Program-made: the position numbers and the translations under genes | Assembly: GCA_030040575.1 (NCBI GenBank) | Contig: JASHTK010000109.1 | Location: forward strand, 1-49,018 | Origin: Gammaproteobacteria bacterium | GTDB taxonomy: Bacteria; Pseudomonadota; Gammaproteobacteria; Steroidobacterales; Steroidobacteraceae | DNA length: 49,018 nucleotides | Reading direction: 5' to 3' | The notes under the pieces: model-generated | What the model was told of the DNA's origin: nothing | The model's input: the letters and a program-made list of their open reading frames with translations, nothing else | Database searches by the model: none | In this document: one piece after another, positions 40,601-49,018 of the stretch | Numbering within the stretch: position 1 is the stretch's first letter | Layout of the letters: each line of letters begins with the position of its first letter

Positions 40601-40830
40601 ACGCCCGGAATCTGCATGAAGTAGTACTCGAGCGGCTGCGCGACCGAGCTCGCCATCGTCTCCGGGCTCGCGCCGGGCAGCTGCGCGGTGACCTGGATCG
40701 TCGGGAAGTCCACCTGGGGCAGCGGCGCGACGGGCAGCATCGGAAACGCGACGACTCCGACGAGCAGGATGCCCGCCATCAGCAGGGACGTCGCGATGGG
40801 CCGATGGATGAAGGGTGTCGAGATGCTCAT
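37657..40830 (-). CDS. RND efflux pump inner-membrane permease (AcrB/MdtBC-like, HAE1)
   Basis: The ORF is 1057 aa. The N-terminus FIHRPIATSLLMAGILLVG and its 12-TM / two-large-loop organisation are typical of the family. Confidence 0.93.
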   Translation of the reverse strand: MSISTPFIHRPIATSLLMAGILLVGVVAFPMLPVAPLPQVDFPTIQVTAQLPGASPETMASSVAQPLEYYFMQIPGVTQLTSTSVLGTTQIVAQFDLDRNIDAAAQDIQSAIDAAAGQLPKDLPSPPSYKKVNPADQPILMYAVHSDVLPITEVDDYAENILVQQMSRVPGVGQVALGGQQKPSVRIQIDPAKIANMGIQLTDVADVISTATVNAPKGSIDGTLHNFAIYDNDQLLSAAPWNDVIVAYRNGAPVRIRDIGRAIDAPENVQMTAFQNGKPGVLLQVYKQAGANVIDTVRRVEAVLPRALAAAPPALRVDKLVDRTITINASVHDVEFTLMLTICLVVTVIFLFLRNVWATVIPGITVPLALFGTSAVMYVLGYSLDNLSLMALTIAVGFVVDDAIVMLENIYRHIEDGTPPREAALKGAGEIGFTIMSISLSLVAVFIPLLLMSGIVGRLFREFAITVTLTIAVSAFVSLTLSPTMCSLFLRDERQARHGRLYQASERVFERALDRYKRGLDFVLRHQRATLCAFLATVALAGVLYVIEPKGFFPQQDTGIITGVTDASQDVSFSHMKHLEQQVMDVVGRDPDVATWGAFLGGSRPLNNGFAIIGLTPRDDRTATADQIITRLRREIAKVPGVTLYLQAAQDVNVGGRPARTQYQYTLQDANLDELSAWAPRMLAAMQRLPQLSDVASDQQTNSTQLKVDIDRDQASRFGILPSQIDATLYDAFGQAEVTEYFTQLNTYHVILEVPPELQQDPNTLDKLYVKSPLTGQMVPLSTLVRYDTQHSAVLSINHQDQLPSVTLSFNLAPGAALGQAVDAIEKAAAELRMPGTITPTFQGTAQAFQASLKSEPYLILAAIVVVYIILGMLYESYIHPLTILSTLPSAGVGALLMLMAFHFDLSVIALVGILLLIGIVKKNGIMMVDFAIQAEREEHLPPIASIRKACILRFRPIMMTTMSALLAALPLMLGRGTGSELRQPLGYTMVGGLLLSQTLTLFTTPVIYLYLDRLNSRLMGRTGLGRAEPQPALVEGAAAQAAQAALPAPLAGPGAT

Positions 40831-42053
40831 GAGGCCGCGGGTCCGGATGCGCGCGCGGGCGCCGCGCCGAGCGCCGGGTTCGGTCCGGAGGCTGCCCCGT
40901 TCACGCGCACCCGCGCGCCGGGCTGCAACCGGAACAGGTTGCTCGTCACCACCCGCTCGCCCTCCTTCAGGCCGCTCTCGACGACGGCGGTGGTCTCGCT
41001 GTCGTTCGCGACCTTGAGCGGCCGGGCCTGAACCGTCGAATCAGGCCCCACCACGTAAGCGAAGACGCCGTTCTGGTCACGCTGCAGGGCGGCAGCGGGG
41101 ATGGTGAGGACGTTCTTGTCGGTGCGCACGAGCACGCGGGCGTTCACGAACTCCCCCGGCCAGAGCCTGAGCTTCGGATTCGGGAAGGTCGCCTTCAGGC
41201 GGATCGTGCCCGTCGTCTGGTCGATCTGGTTGTCGATGAGCGCGAGGGTGCCGTGATCGAGCGCTTCCCCGTCGCCGCCGCGGGAGATGGCCGTGACGCC
41301 CACGGGACCGCCCGACATGGCGTCCGCGACCGAGGTGAGCGCATCCTCGGGCAGAGTGAAGATCACCGCGATCGGCCGCATCTGCGTGAGCACGACGATT
41401 CCGGTCGTGTCCGTTGCGTGCACGATGTTGCCCGGATCGACGAGGCGAATTCCCGTCAAGCCGTCGATCGGCGAGGTGATCCGGGTGTAGTCGAGCTCGG
41501 TCCTGGCGCTCTCGATGGCCGCCTCGTCCGCCTGCACCTGGGCGGCGAGCTGGGCGACGAGCGCACGCTGGGTGTCGAGCTGCTGCTTGCTCGCGAGATC
41601 CTGCGGGGCGAGCACGGTGTAGCGCTGCAAGTCGAGCTTCGCGTTCGCGAGCATCGCGCTGTCCTTGGCGCGCGCGGCGATCGCCTGGTCGAGCGCGGCC
41701 TGATAGGGACGCGGATCGATCACGGCGAGCAGGTCCCCTCGCTTCACCTGCTGGCCCTCGACGAAGTTGACCTTCTCGAGCTCTCCGTCCACGCGGGCGG
41801 TGAGCTTCACCGTGTAGAACGCCTGCACCGTTCCGAGGCCGTCCAGGTACACCGGCACGTCCTGGCGCGTGGCGGCCGCGACGTCCACGGGAATGGCCTC
41901 GGACATCTCCTGCGCGACGGCCGCGCCGCGCGACCGTCCGGGTGAGAGGAGCCAGGCGCAGAGCGCGAGCGCCGCGAGGCCCGCCGCGAGCATCGCGAGG
42001 CGGGTCCGGCTGAGCCACCTCGGGCGCCACGCCACGCTCCGTTGTTCCGTCAT
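40827..42053 (-). CDS. RND efflux periplasmic adaptor (membrane fusion protein)
   Basis: It shows lipoyl/hairpin/beta-barrel adaptor patterns: VKLTARVDGELEKVNFVEGQQVKRGDLLAVIDPRPYQAAL. It overlaps both neighbouring genes by 4 nt. Confidence 0.88.
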   Translation of the reverse strand: MTEQRSVAWRPRWLSRTRLAMLAAGLAALALCAWLLSPGRSRGAAVAQEMSEAIPVDVAAATRQDVPVYLDGLGTVQAFYTVKLTARVDGELEKVNFVEGQQVKRGDLLAVIDPRPYQAALDQAIAARAKDSAMLANAKLDLQRYTVLAPQDLASKQQLDTQRALVAQLAAQVQADEAAIESARTELDYTRITSPIDGLTGIRLVDPGNIVHATDTTGIVVLTQMRPIAVIFTLPEDALTSVADAMSGGPVGVTAISRGGDGEALDHGTLALIDNQIDQTTGTIRLKATFPNPKLRLWPGEFVNARVLVRTDKNVLTIPAAALQRDQNGVFAYVVGPDSTVQARPLKVANDSETTAVVESGLKEGERVVTSNLFRLQPGARVRVNGAASGPNPALGAAPARASGPAAS

Positions 42054-43432
42054 GGCTTCCAGCCCCCTCCGAGCGCATTGAACAGGCCGACGAGCGACTG
42101 CAGGTGAGCGAGCTTCACCTGGGCGAGCGTGCTCTGCGCGGTGAAGAGCGCCGTCTCCGTGCTGAGCACCGTCAAGATATTGATCGTACCCGCGTGAAAC
42201 TGCGCCTGGGAGAGCCGGTACGCGCGCCGCGCGGTGTCCACCGCGTTCTGCTCGCGCTGCTGCTCGTCGGCGGTCTCGCGCACGGCGACGAGCGCATCCT
42301 CCACGTTGCCGAGCGCCGAGATCACGGCCTTGTGATAGTCGGCGAGCAGCTCGGCGTAGCGGGCCTCGCTCAGGTGGTACTGCCCGAGGATCGCCCCGCC
42401 ATGGAAGACCGGCTGCGTGAGCCCGGCGGCGAGTGAGAAGATCCGGCTGCCCGGCTCGAGCAGCGTCTGCAGCGCCGTGCTCTCGTAGCCGCCCGAGGCG
42501 GTGAGATCGATCGTCGGGAAGAACGCGGCCCGGGCCACCTGGATGTCCGCGTTCGCGGCGATGAGCTCGGCTTCGGCCTCGGCCACGTCCGGACGGCGCG
42601 CGAGCAGCTCCGAGGGCAGGCCCGGCGAGGGTCGAGGCTCCCCGAGACCGGTGAGCGTGCCCGGCGCGAGCTTGAAGGCCTGCGGCGTCGCGCCGACGAG
42701 AATGGCGAGCGCATCGAGCGTCTGCTGGAGCTGCTGCTGCAGGGGCGGGATGCCCGCGCTCAGGGTCGCGACCTCGGCTTCCTGCTGCGCGACATCGAGG
42801 GACGTGGTGGTGCCCACGCGCTCATCGATGGTGAGTCCCCGCAAGGTTTCCTCGGCGCTCGCGAGGTTGTCCTGCGCGATCTTCAGCTGATCCTGCAGCT
42901 CGAGCGCCGTGAAGTAGGTGTCGGCGACACTCGTCATGACGGTGAGCTCCACCGTGACGCGGTCGGAGCGGCTCGCATTCGCAGTCGCGATCGCCGCCGC
43001 GCGCGCGGCACGGTTCGCTCCCCAGAAGTCGAGCTCGTAGGAGGCGCTGAGCTCGGGCAGGTAGGTGTTGTAGCTGAGCGTGCCCCCGCCGGGCATGGGG
43101 AGCAGCATCCTTTGCCGCGTCGCCGCGGCGCTCGCATCGAGCGCCGGCAGCAGCGGCGCGGTGGCGATCGCAACCTGCGCCTCCGCTTCGCGCACGCGCG
43201 CGATGGCGGCGGCAAGATCGTCGTTCGCGCGCTCGGCCTCGGCGATGAGCCCATCGAGCTGCGGCGAGCCGAAGCCGCGCCACCAGTCGGCGGAGGGCCA
43301 TGCCGCGGGCGCCGGCGCCGTGGACGCGATCCAGGCGGGCGGAGGGGGGATGCTCGGACGGTGATAAGCAGGTCCCACCGCGCAGCCCGCGAGTGCGAGC
43401 GTGAGCGCCGCCGAGGCCCGGAGCGCGGGCAA
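42050..43432 (-). CDS. Efflux outer-membrane factor lipoprotein, NodT family
   Basis: The lipobox is LALAGCAVGP. Two OEP/TolC-type repeats are present. Confidence 0.88.
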   Translation of the reverse strand: MPALRASAALTLALAGCAVGPAYHRPSIPPPPAWIASTAPAPAAWPSADWWRGFGSPQLDGLIAEAERANDDLAAAIARVREAEAQVAIATAPLLPALDASAAATRQRMLLPMPGGGTLSYNTYLPELSASYELDFWGANRAARAAAIATANASRSDRVTVELTVMTSVADTYFTALELQDQLKIAQDNLASAEETLRGLTIDERVGTTTSLDVAQQEAEVATLSAGIPPLQQQLQQTLDALAILVGATPQAFKLAPGTLTGLGEPRPSPGLPSELLARRPDVAEAEAELIAANADIQVARAAFFPTIDLTASGGYESTALQTLLEPGSRIFSLAAGLTQPVFHGGAILGQYHLSEARYAELLADYHKAVISALGNVEDALVAVRETADEQQREQNAVDTARRAYRLSQAQFHAGTINILTVLSTETALFTAQSTLAQVKLAHLQSLVGLFNALGGGWKP

Positions 43433-43696
43433 ACGGCAGGGCGCTCCGGCGCGGCTGCCGAGCCGGCGCGAGAGGTCAACCCCGCGCGAAGCGGTTGTGA
43501 GAATCGTGGCGATGGATCCCCCCGTGGGAGAGCTCGAGCGGCGGCCGCCGCGCCCGCAGGGGGCGCGTCCGCAGGCGGCCCGATCGGGCCCCGCCCGGTT
43601 GGGCAGGCTCGCAAGATAGTCGACCGCCGGTTCAGGGAAGGTGGGCGAACGATTAAATTCAGTTAATGGACCGCGCCGAGGCCCCCGCGCACCTGC

Positions 43697-44131
43697 TCAT
43701 CGCTCTGCGACACGCTCGAGATTCGGCAGCAGCCCGGCGAGCAGTCCGAGCGCCGGCAGGAAGGCGCACACCTCGTAGACGAACTCGACGCTGGTGCGGT
43801 CCGCGAGCTGGCCGAGCGCGGCCGCGCCGATGCCGCCCATGCCAAAGGCGAAGCCGAAGAACAGTCCGGAGATGGTCCCGGTCTTCCCGGGCAGCAGCTC
43901 CTGGGCGTAGACGATGATCGCCGGAAAGGCCGATGCAAGGATCAAGCCGATCGGCACGGTGAGCACGGCCGTCCACGGCAGGCTCACGTGCGGCAGCGCG
44001 AGCGTGAAGGGCAGGGTGCCGAGGATCGAGAGCCAGATGATGTACTTGCGGCCGAACCGATCGCCGAGCGGGCCGCCGACGATCGTCCCGAGCGCGACCG
44101 CTCCGAGGAAGACGAAGAGGTAGATCTGGGA
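43697..44131 (-). pseudogene. 3' fragment (about 144 codons) of an MFS transporter gene; the N-terminal half is missing
   Basis: My own in-frame translation upstream of the listed 96-aa ORF gives SQIYLFVFLGAVALGTIVGGPLGDRFGRKYIIWLSILGTLPFTLALP... This includes a loop 8-9 motif-A-like GxLxDRxGRK, and the frame closes at a stop at 44141-44143. No upstream half exists in the window. The boundary is uncertain within 44126-44140. Confidence 0.65.
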
Positions 44132-44633
44132 GGCCGTCGATCAGCGAGCGGTCGAGCACAGTGCTGGCAGAAGACTCCGTGGGGCGCAGTAGCGGCACGG
44201 TAGCGGTGACGGTTGAAGTATCGCCGCCGGCGCCGACCCGCAGCTTAAAATCCTGAATCGTCGTGTTCCCCACCAGAACCCGCACCAAAGCCACGACATC
44301 TCGAAAGCCCTCGTGGGTCACGGTAACGGAGTACGTTCCTGGCATCAGCGCCGAAAACTGATAAAAGCCAGCATGATTACTGGCGCTGTGTTGCTCCACT
44401 CCGGTAGCAAGATTGCGCAATGTGACCGGAGCACTGGGAATCACTGCTCCGCTGGGATCGGTCACGCGTCCGGAGATGGCGCCGGTCAAAACAACATTCT
44501 GCGCCGGTAACTCCGAGCAAGTTCCCAAGGCGAGCAAAATGCTGAACACCCACACCCAACGAGCACCAGGAATTCTGATGTTTGAAAAAATAGAAATCCT
44601 TGGTAGTAAAGGCAGAGATTGGGAGAGCATCAT
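44127..44633 (-). pseudogene. 5' fragment (about 169 codons) of a CarboxypepD_reg-type TonB-dependent receptor gene
   Basis: The fragment has a signal peptide (WVWVFSILLALGTCSELPAQ) and a carboxypeptidase-regulatory-like domain (GAISGRVTDPSGAVIPSAPVTLRNLATG...GFYQFSALMPGTYSVTV). The plug begins at STVLDRSLIDGLP, after which the reading frame becomes Arg-rich nonsense. Confidence 0.65.
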
Positions 44634-44966
44634 TGAACCCTCACACTGGATGCATCAGGCTTTATCGTCAAACAGACCCAAAAAGATAGTCGCGCGATGT
44701 TTATCAGTTATCACGGAAATGTGAACGCTTTATGAAAAGCCCGGGCCTTTGATCCCTTGTGATTGGGCTGACAAGAGACATTCTCCGTTCGCATGGGCTG
44801 TGGAAAACGATGAGTTGCTCAGCATGAAGAGTCTATCCACCTGCGCTTGTGAAGGATAGTGCCATCTGGCGTGGGAGGGTTAAGGATCGACGTGCCGGCC
44901 TCATATTTGTTGAGACAGGCACCTCCTGAACCATAGAGGAACAACGATTGCGGCGTGTTGCCCGCA

Positions 44967-45002
44967 AAAGACGAAAAAAGGAGGGGGACCTTTCGGTCCC
45001 CC
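44967..45002 (-). terminator. Rho-independent terminator of the downstream-facing TonB-receptor gene
   Basis: The minus strand reads GGGGGACC-GAAA-GGTCCCCC, a perfect 8-bp stem with a GNRA loop, followed by TCCTTTTTTCGTCTTTT. It lies 35 nt after the stop at 45037-45039. Confidence 0.8.
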
Positions 45003-45036
45003 GCTTGTTGCGAGTGAGATTTACAATGAGGCCCCT

Positions 45037-48000
45037 CTAGAAGCGAACCCGAGCTCCAACTTCGATCTGCCGTGGATTCGAGGCAAACTGGCCACCCTGA
45101 GCACCCCACTGGGCGGGATTGTAAAGGCCCGGATACCCGTCGCCCCACTCATCATGGTTGAGCAAGTTCGCGAACACGCCCTGGAATTCCAGACCAATGT
45201 TCTCTGCCACACGGACATTCTTCTTTATGCTGAAGTCCATGTTCCAGTAAGACAAGCCGGTGAGCGCTCCATAGCCTTCGTCCCTGAAGTCATCTACACC
45301 GAGAATCGGGTTACGCCAGTTGACGTAATCGTTGGCTCCGTTGCTGAACGCGTTGACGGGATACCCACCTCCGGCCGCTTGCCCAGGACAGGCAGCATAG
45401 TAATAACCGCCCGGCCCTACGGAGGCCGTCTTGCAGTAGTGGTTGGAGGTATGGAGGTCCTGCGGGCCGATCGGCACCGCATTCTCTGAATCGTAGTCCG
45501 CGCAACCAACTCCATCGCAGCCACCGTATGACTGGTAATCGGCAAACGTGGTAACGGTTTCGATTGGAATACCCGTTCCAGCCGTGAAGATGCTAGAGAA
45601 AGTCCATCCGCCGAGCACGCGTCCGATGAATCCGTTCTGCCCTTTGAAGAAGGGCGGCTCGTAGATAAAGAACGTGTTGAAGACGAGTCTGCGGTCAAAT
45701 GGCTGTACTCCGTACTGCTGGTTAAGGTTGAAGGGATCCAGTGTAGTAATCTCGCTGCCTGATTGCGCCTGCGATGCCATGCCCAGGGCCTTCGACCAGG
45801 TGAAGTTGGTCTGCATGGTCAGTCCTTTCCAGTCGGCCATCTTCAGGGACCAGAACAGCGCGTTATAGTTCGCATGCCCGATGCTGGCATTGTCGATCAC
45901 GCCTGACGTGTACTGACCAGAGGCGCCGTAGGGGCTGGAAAGAATCGGCGTGTTCTGCAGGCTGCGCGGGAAATTGAAGGCGCCTCCGTTTGTCGTCGTA
46001 CACCCGGCGGCTGGGCAGCCCACGCCTCTGTCCAAATCACTCCAGATGCCCCAAACTTGAGCATTCGTGAGGTTGCCGGTTCCGCTCGGACCCTCGTTGG
46101 CGATGACCGCCTGGGTGCAGTTCGTGTATCCGTTGCAATAGCCCGTTCCCGCCAGCGCGGTTTCGAAAAACGGTTGTGCACTGACAGCGCCCGGACTCGG
46201 CCCGACGCCCGGAGTGGGTAATGCTGAACCTCCGCAACCTCCGCCAGCGAGACCAGTGAGGCCGCCGCAGAGTTGCAACACCGTATTCGCATAAGCACTG
46301 GCGAAGTTCTGCCCGCCCTGCACCATCATGTAAGGAACCGCATTCAGCCAGACGGGCTGGTATTCGTGTTCAATTCTGCGTCCAATGTAGCCCACTTCCA
46401 AGGTCAGCCTGCGGCTGAGTTGTCGCTGAATGGTCAGATCGAACGAGTCAATCGAATTGGGCCGGAAATTCGGATCCAACCCTTCAGGCGAGGAGGATGC
46501 CGGGTTGTTGAAGCCGGGATAAACCGGCTGCGGCAAGGTCGGAGTTGCTAAATTGACCAAAGGTATGCTCGGACCACCCGCATTCGAAACGGTTGGCTCA
46601 ACCCGAAACACGTTGCTAAACGTGCCCTCTGAGCCGCAGCTCCAAGCACCGGCGGTAGAGATATTCGCGTTGCAACCGATCGGCTGCTCCAAGCCGAGAC
46701 CGAGCAGTGGTACGAGGACTTGCGCAACGCCGTTGGTACGGCCGTAGACGCGCCCGTAACCGCCACGAACCACCGTCGCGTCGTGGCCAAAGAGTCTGCC
46801 GCCGATTGAATCGGGATCAAACTTTGGGTTCCACGCGGCAGCTACGCGCGGGCTGAATTCCCCGTAGAACGGGTTGTAAGGATACTTGTTCCCCGAGGCG
46901 GCATTGCCAACCAGGGCAAAACCGAGTTCAGGATTGTAGACCTGCCCCTGCAACGCCGCCTTTTCGCGATTCGCGATGTAGGTTTTCTCCGCGACCGGTT
47001 CATCCGCGTCGTCCACAATCACGGTCTGCTTTCCATTTTGTTCCGTCGGCGGCATTTCCAGCGCATAGCCCAAGCCGTAGGTCAGTGTGAACGTCGGTTT
47101 CAGGTGCCAGGTATCGCTGAAATAGACGTTGTAATAAGGAATCGTGCTCTTGTCGAATGCGTTCGACAAGGGGGGATTCAAAGCTAGGCTCGCGCCGCTG
47201 CGAGTGAAGAGCTGGGATGCGACCGAGGTGGCGCCTAGCACGGCGGCCGCCACGGAGGCACAGTTGGCTATGCTGGTGGCTACGTTCTGGCTGTTCGTAG
47301 ACCCACAGGGTTGAAAACCTGTGGTAGAGATTAGCGCGTTAGTGTTGTTCCCGACGTCATAGACAGGATAAGCATTGATCCCGGCGCCGTTGTCGTCGCG
47401 CTGGTGGTAGTCGAAATTGTGCTGGTAGTATCCACCAAACTGGAACAGGTGGTTGCGATGCAGCATGGAAAGGTCGTCGCGAAGCATGCTGTCGTGCCCA
47501 TCCCAGAAACGGGATCGGATTTGCTGATTGTTCGAATTAAACGGGGTAAGATCCTGGGAATAACCACTACCTTGCCCGCTCATGATTTCGAGCGCACCAC
47601 CCAGTCCGCTGACCTGCGGTGGGGCTCCGGCGCGGTTCCACGCCCACCAGTTCCGCAGAAAACTGTAGTGGAAGTCGTTGGTGGTATTGTTGGTGATGTT
47701 CGTGGTCAGACCAGCAACCAGATACCAATCTTGAATCGGATCGCTGGCTGCCGAAGCTGGAGTCCCCTTTGTGTCGCCGGGGAAGAATCCGCCGATGTCG
47801 ACCTCACTATCGCTGGCCAGCTTCATGTTGTAATAGCGGTAGCTGACCATCAGATGTTGTTTGGTGGAGAAATCGTGATCAATACGGGCCACGCCGAAAT
47901 TGCTGCTGGTGGGCAGATCGAGGTTGGCTGAATAGCCTAAGATATTCGACCCGTCGCAGAGGCTCTGGCTGCAGCCCGCATTGGAAGCAGGTTCGTACTT

Positions 48001-49018
48001 GCTCCAGATCTGCGAAACGATGGGATTGAGTCCCAAGCCAAGGGGGTCACATACGGCACCGGTGCAGCCATAACCCACCGGGTACGTCGTTCCATTGTAG
48101 GTCACGGGAGCATTGGCCAGGTTGTAATCGATCTGGCCCGGAACTTTGGAATCGCTAAGCAACCCCAACTCCAATGCGGGTGAAGGAACGTTCCTGGTGA
48201 TGGTTTCCGCGCTCGGATACCGGAATCCTTCGTAGTTGGCAAAGAAGAATGTCTTTCCCCCAAGAAAATCTTTGGAACTAACCGGCCCACCGAACGCGCC
48301 GCCAAAGCGGCTGTAATGGTAAGAAGGAAGGTCGACGTGGTACCCGGGTATGTAATTCAGCCAGTTATTTTGCCAGGTATTGCCGGACCAGTTATTGTCT
48401 TTGTAGTATTCGTAGCCGGTGCCGTGAAAAGCGCTCGTGCCGCGCTTGGTAACGACCTTGATTTCTGCGCCAGCCGAGCTATTAAAGTCAGCAGTCTGAC
48501 CGGCCGTATTTACCTTGAATTCCTCAACGCTATCCTGCGGAGTCGGCATCACACCCGCCGGAACGCCCCAACCTTGGCCGTTTGCATTAGCTGCGCCGCC
48601 GGTTGGATCGCCAACAATGAGTGAAATTTGAGTTCCCAGATATACGCTGCCGTTGCCGTCCATATCGTTGGTGTTGTTGCCGCCGTCGAGCGTGAACGTG
48701 CTCTGATCGGTGACCGCGCCGGCAACGTCGCCGTCCGTACCCACGCCCGGCTGCAACTCGATGAACGTATTTACGTCGCGCCCGATGCTGGGCAGGTTAT
48801 TGATCGCCACTGCAGTAACTTCGTTCCCGACCGTCGCGTTCATGGTCTGCAGCTCGGTACCAGTAGCTTGGACTTCAACCACGACGTTCGTACCGCCGAC
48901 CTGCAGCGTGGGATTCACATTGAGCGCAACTCCCACCTTCACTTCCTGATCTGTGATCTTCGTAGTGGAGAAGCCCTGCTTGGCCACATCCATGTTGTAC
49001 GTTCCCGGATTCACGTCT
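45037..49018 (-). CDS. TonB-dependent receptor with N-terminal carboxypeptidase-regulatory-like domain (Acidobacteria-style, over 1300 aa); the 5' end lies outside the window
   Basis: The frame is open to the window edge. It begins within the CarboxypepD_reg-like domain (PGTYNMDVAKQGF) and continues into the plug (INNLPSIGRDVNTFIELQPGV). A long beta-barrel follows, ending ...EVGARVRF with a terminal Phe. Confidence 0.9.
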   Translation of the reverse strand, partial: DVNPGTYNMDVAKQGFSTTKITDQEVKVGVALNVNPTLQVGGTNVVVEVQATGTELQTMNATVGNEVTAVAINNLPSIGRDVNTFIELQPGVGTDGDVAGAVTDQSTFTLDGGNNTNDMDGNGSVYLGTQISLIVGDPTGGAANANGQGWGVPAGVMPTPQDSVEEFKVNTAGQTADFNSSAGAEIKVVTKRGTSAFHGTGYEYYKDNNWSGNTWQNNWLNYIPGYHVDLPSYHYSRFGGAFGGPVSSKDFLGGKTFFFANYEGFRYPSAETITRNVPSPALELGLLSDSKVPGQIDYNLANAPVTYNGTTYPVGYGCTGAVCDPLGLGLNPIVSQIWSKYEPASNAGCSQSLCDGSNILGYSANLDLPTSSNFGVARIDHDFSTKQHLMVSYRYYNMKLASDSEVDIGGFFPGDTKGTPASAASDPIQDWYLVAGLTTNITNNTTNDFHYSFLRNWWAWNRAGAPPQVSGLGGALEIMSGQGSGYSQDLTPFNSNNQQIRSRFWDGHDSMLRDDLSMLHRNHLFQFGGYYQHNFDYHQRDDNGAGINAYPVYDVGNNTNALISTTGFQPCGSTNSQNVATSIANCASVAAAVLGATSVASQLFTRSGASLALNPPLSNAFDKSTIPYYNVYFSDTWHLKPTFTLTYGLGYALEMPPTEQNGKQTVIVDDADEPVAEKTYIANREKAALQGQVYNPELGFALVGNAASGNKYPYNPFYGEFSPRVAAAWNPKFDPDSIGGRLFGHDATVVRGGYGRVYGRTNGVAQVLVPLLGLGLEQPIGCNANISTAGAWSCGSEGTFSNVFRVEPTVSNAGGPSIPLVNLATPTLPQPVYPGFNNPASSSPEGLDPNFRPNSIDSFDLTIQRQLSRRLTLEVGYIGRRIEHEYQPVWLNAVPYMMVQGGQNFASAYANTVLQLCGGLTGLAGGGCGGSALPTPGVGPSPGAVSAQPFFETALAGTGYCNGYTNCTQAVIANEGPSGTGNLTNAQVWGIWSDLDRGVGCPAAGCTTTNGGAFNFPRSLQNTPILSSPYGASGQYTSGVIDNASIGHANYNALFWSLKMADWKGLTMQTNFTWSKALGMASQAQSGSEITTLDPFNLNQQYGVQPFDRRLVFNTFFIYEPPFFKGQNGFIGRVLGGWTFSSIFTAGTGIPIETVTTFADYQSYGGCDGVGCADYDSENAVPIGPQDLHTSNHYCKTASVGPGGYYYAACPGQAAGGGYPVNAFSNGANDYVNWRNPILGVDDFRDEGYGALTGLSYWNMDFSIKKNVRVAENIGLEFQGVFANLLNHDEWGDGYPGLYNPAQWGAQGGQFASNPRQIEVGARVRF

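Noticed and set aside
35547-41031. 746-aa (35547..37787) and 1218-aa (37375..41031) plus-strand ORFs
   Set aside because: They are antisense to the histidine kinase, response regulator and RND pump, which all carry unmistakable signatures. Their translations are low-complexity Arg/Asp/Glu/His-rich strings.
43659-44633. 324-aa ORF as a single gene
   Set aside because: Only the first ~169 codons look like a protein (a TonB-receptor N-terminus). The remainder is an out-of-frame read-through across the MFS fragment. It is treated as two truncated genes meeting at about 44,130.
44819-45148. 109-aa minus-strand ORF between the two TonB-receptor genes
   Set aside because: It overlaps the 3' end of the large receptor gene in another frame and runs through the strong terminator hairpin. 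No motifs are seen.

Overview
This 49-kb window has no rRNA, tRNA, CRISPR array, IS element, transposase or integrase that I can recognise. All functional calls come from motif recognition by eye on the supplied translations, and no searches were run. The window falls into three compositional blocks.

(i) 1-9.3 kb is moderately GC-rich and looks like a surface-polysaccharide locus. It holds a partial ankyrin-repeat gene, about 1 kb of non-coding DNA, a 1067-aa GT32-GT4-GT4 glycosyltransferase fusion and an unassignable membrane-anchored 571-aa protein. A second two-domain glycosyltransferase follows, and its stop overlaps the start of a Stf0-type sulfotransferase.

(ii) 9.3-44.13 kb is very GC-rich, Gram-negative-type DNA. 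It carries:
- a PEP-CTERM choice-of-anchor-A protein and a dienelactone-hydrolase-like esterase;
- a haem-sensor/HAMP gene followed 4 nt later by a TIR-domain gene;
- a tightly coupled eight-gene phosphonate operon: CDP-alcohol phosphatidyltransferase, 2OG-Fe(II) oxygenase, LPG-synthase-type flippase-like protein, nucleotidyltransferase, PepM-nucleotidyltransferase fusion, phosphonopyruvate decarboxylase, AEP transaminase and a POTRA-less Omp85-type barrel;
- monomeric isocitrate dehydrogenase coupled to an MFS pump, a HAD phosphatase, a soluble PAS-PAS chemoreceptor, a tri-haem cytochrome c, an OpgD-like protein and an LLM oxidoreductase;
- a six-gene string of OMF, MFP, RND pump, response regulator, histidine kinase and quinone oxidoreductase.

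(iii) 44.13-49.0 kb is lower-GC DNA with Acidobacteria-style CarboxypepD_reg TonB-dependent receptors.

Blocks ii and iii meet at about 44,130. There an MFS gene and a TonB-receptor gene are both truncated and abut out of frame, which points to a chimeric assembly or an illegitimate recombination scar.

The best candidates for something undescribed are the phosphonate (possibly phosphonolipid) synthesis and export operon and the output-less haem sensor + TIR pair.
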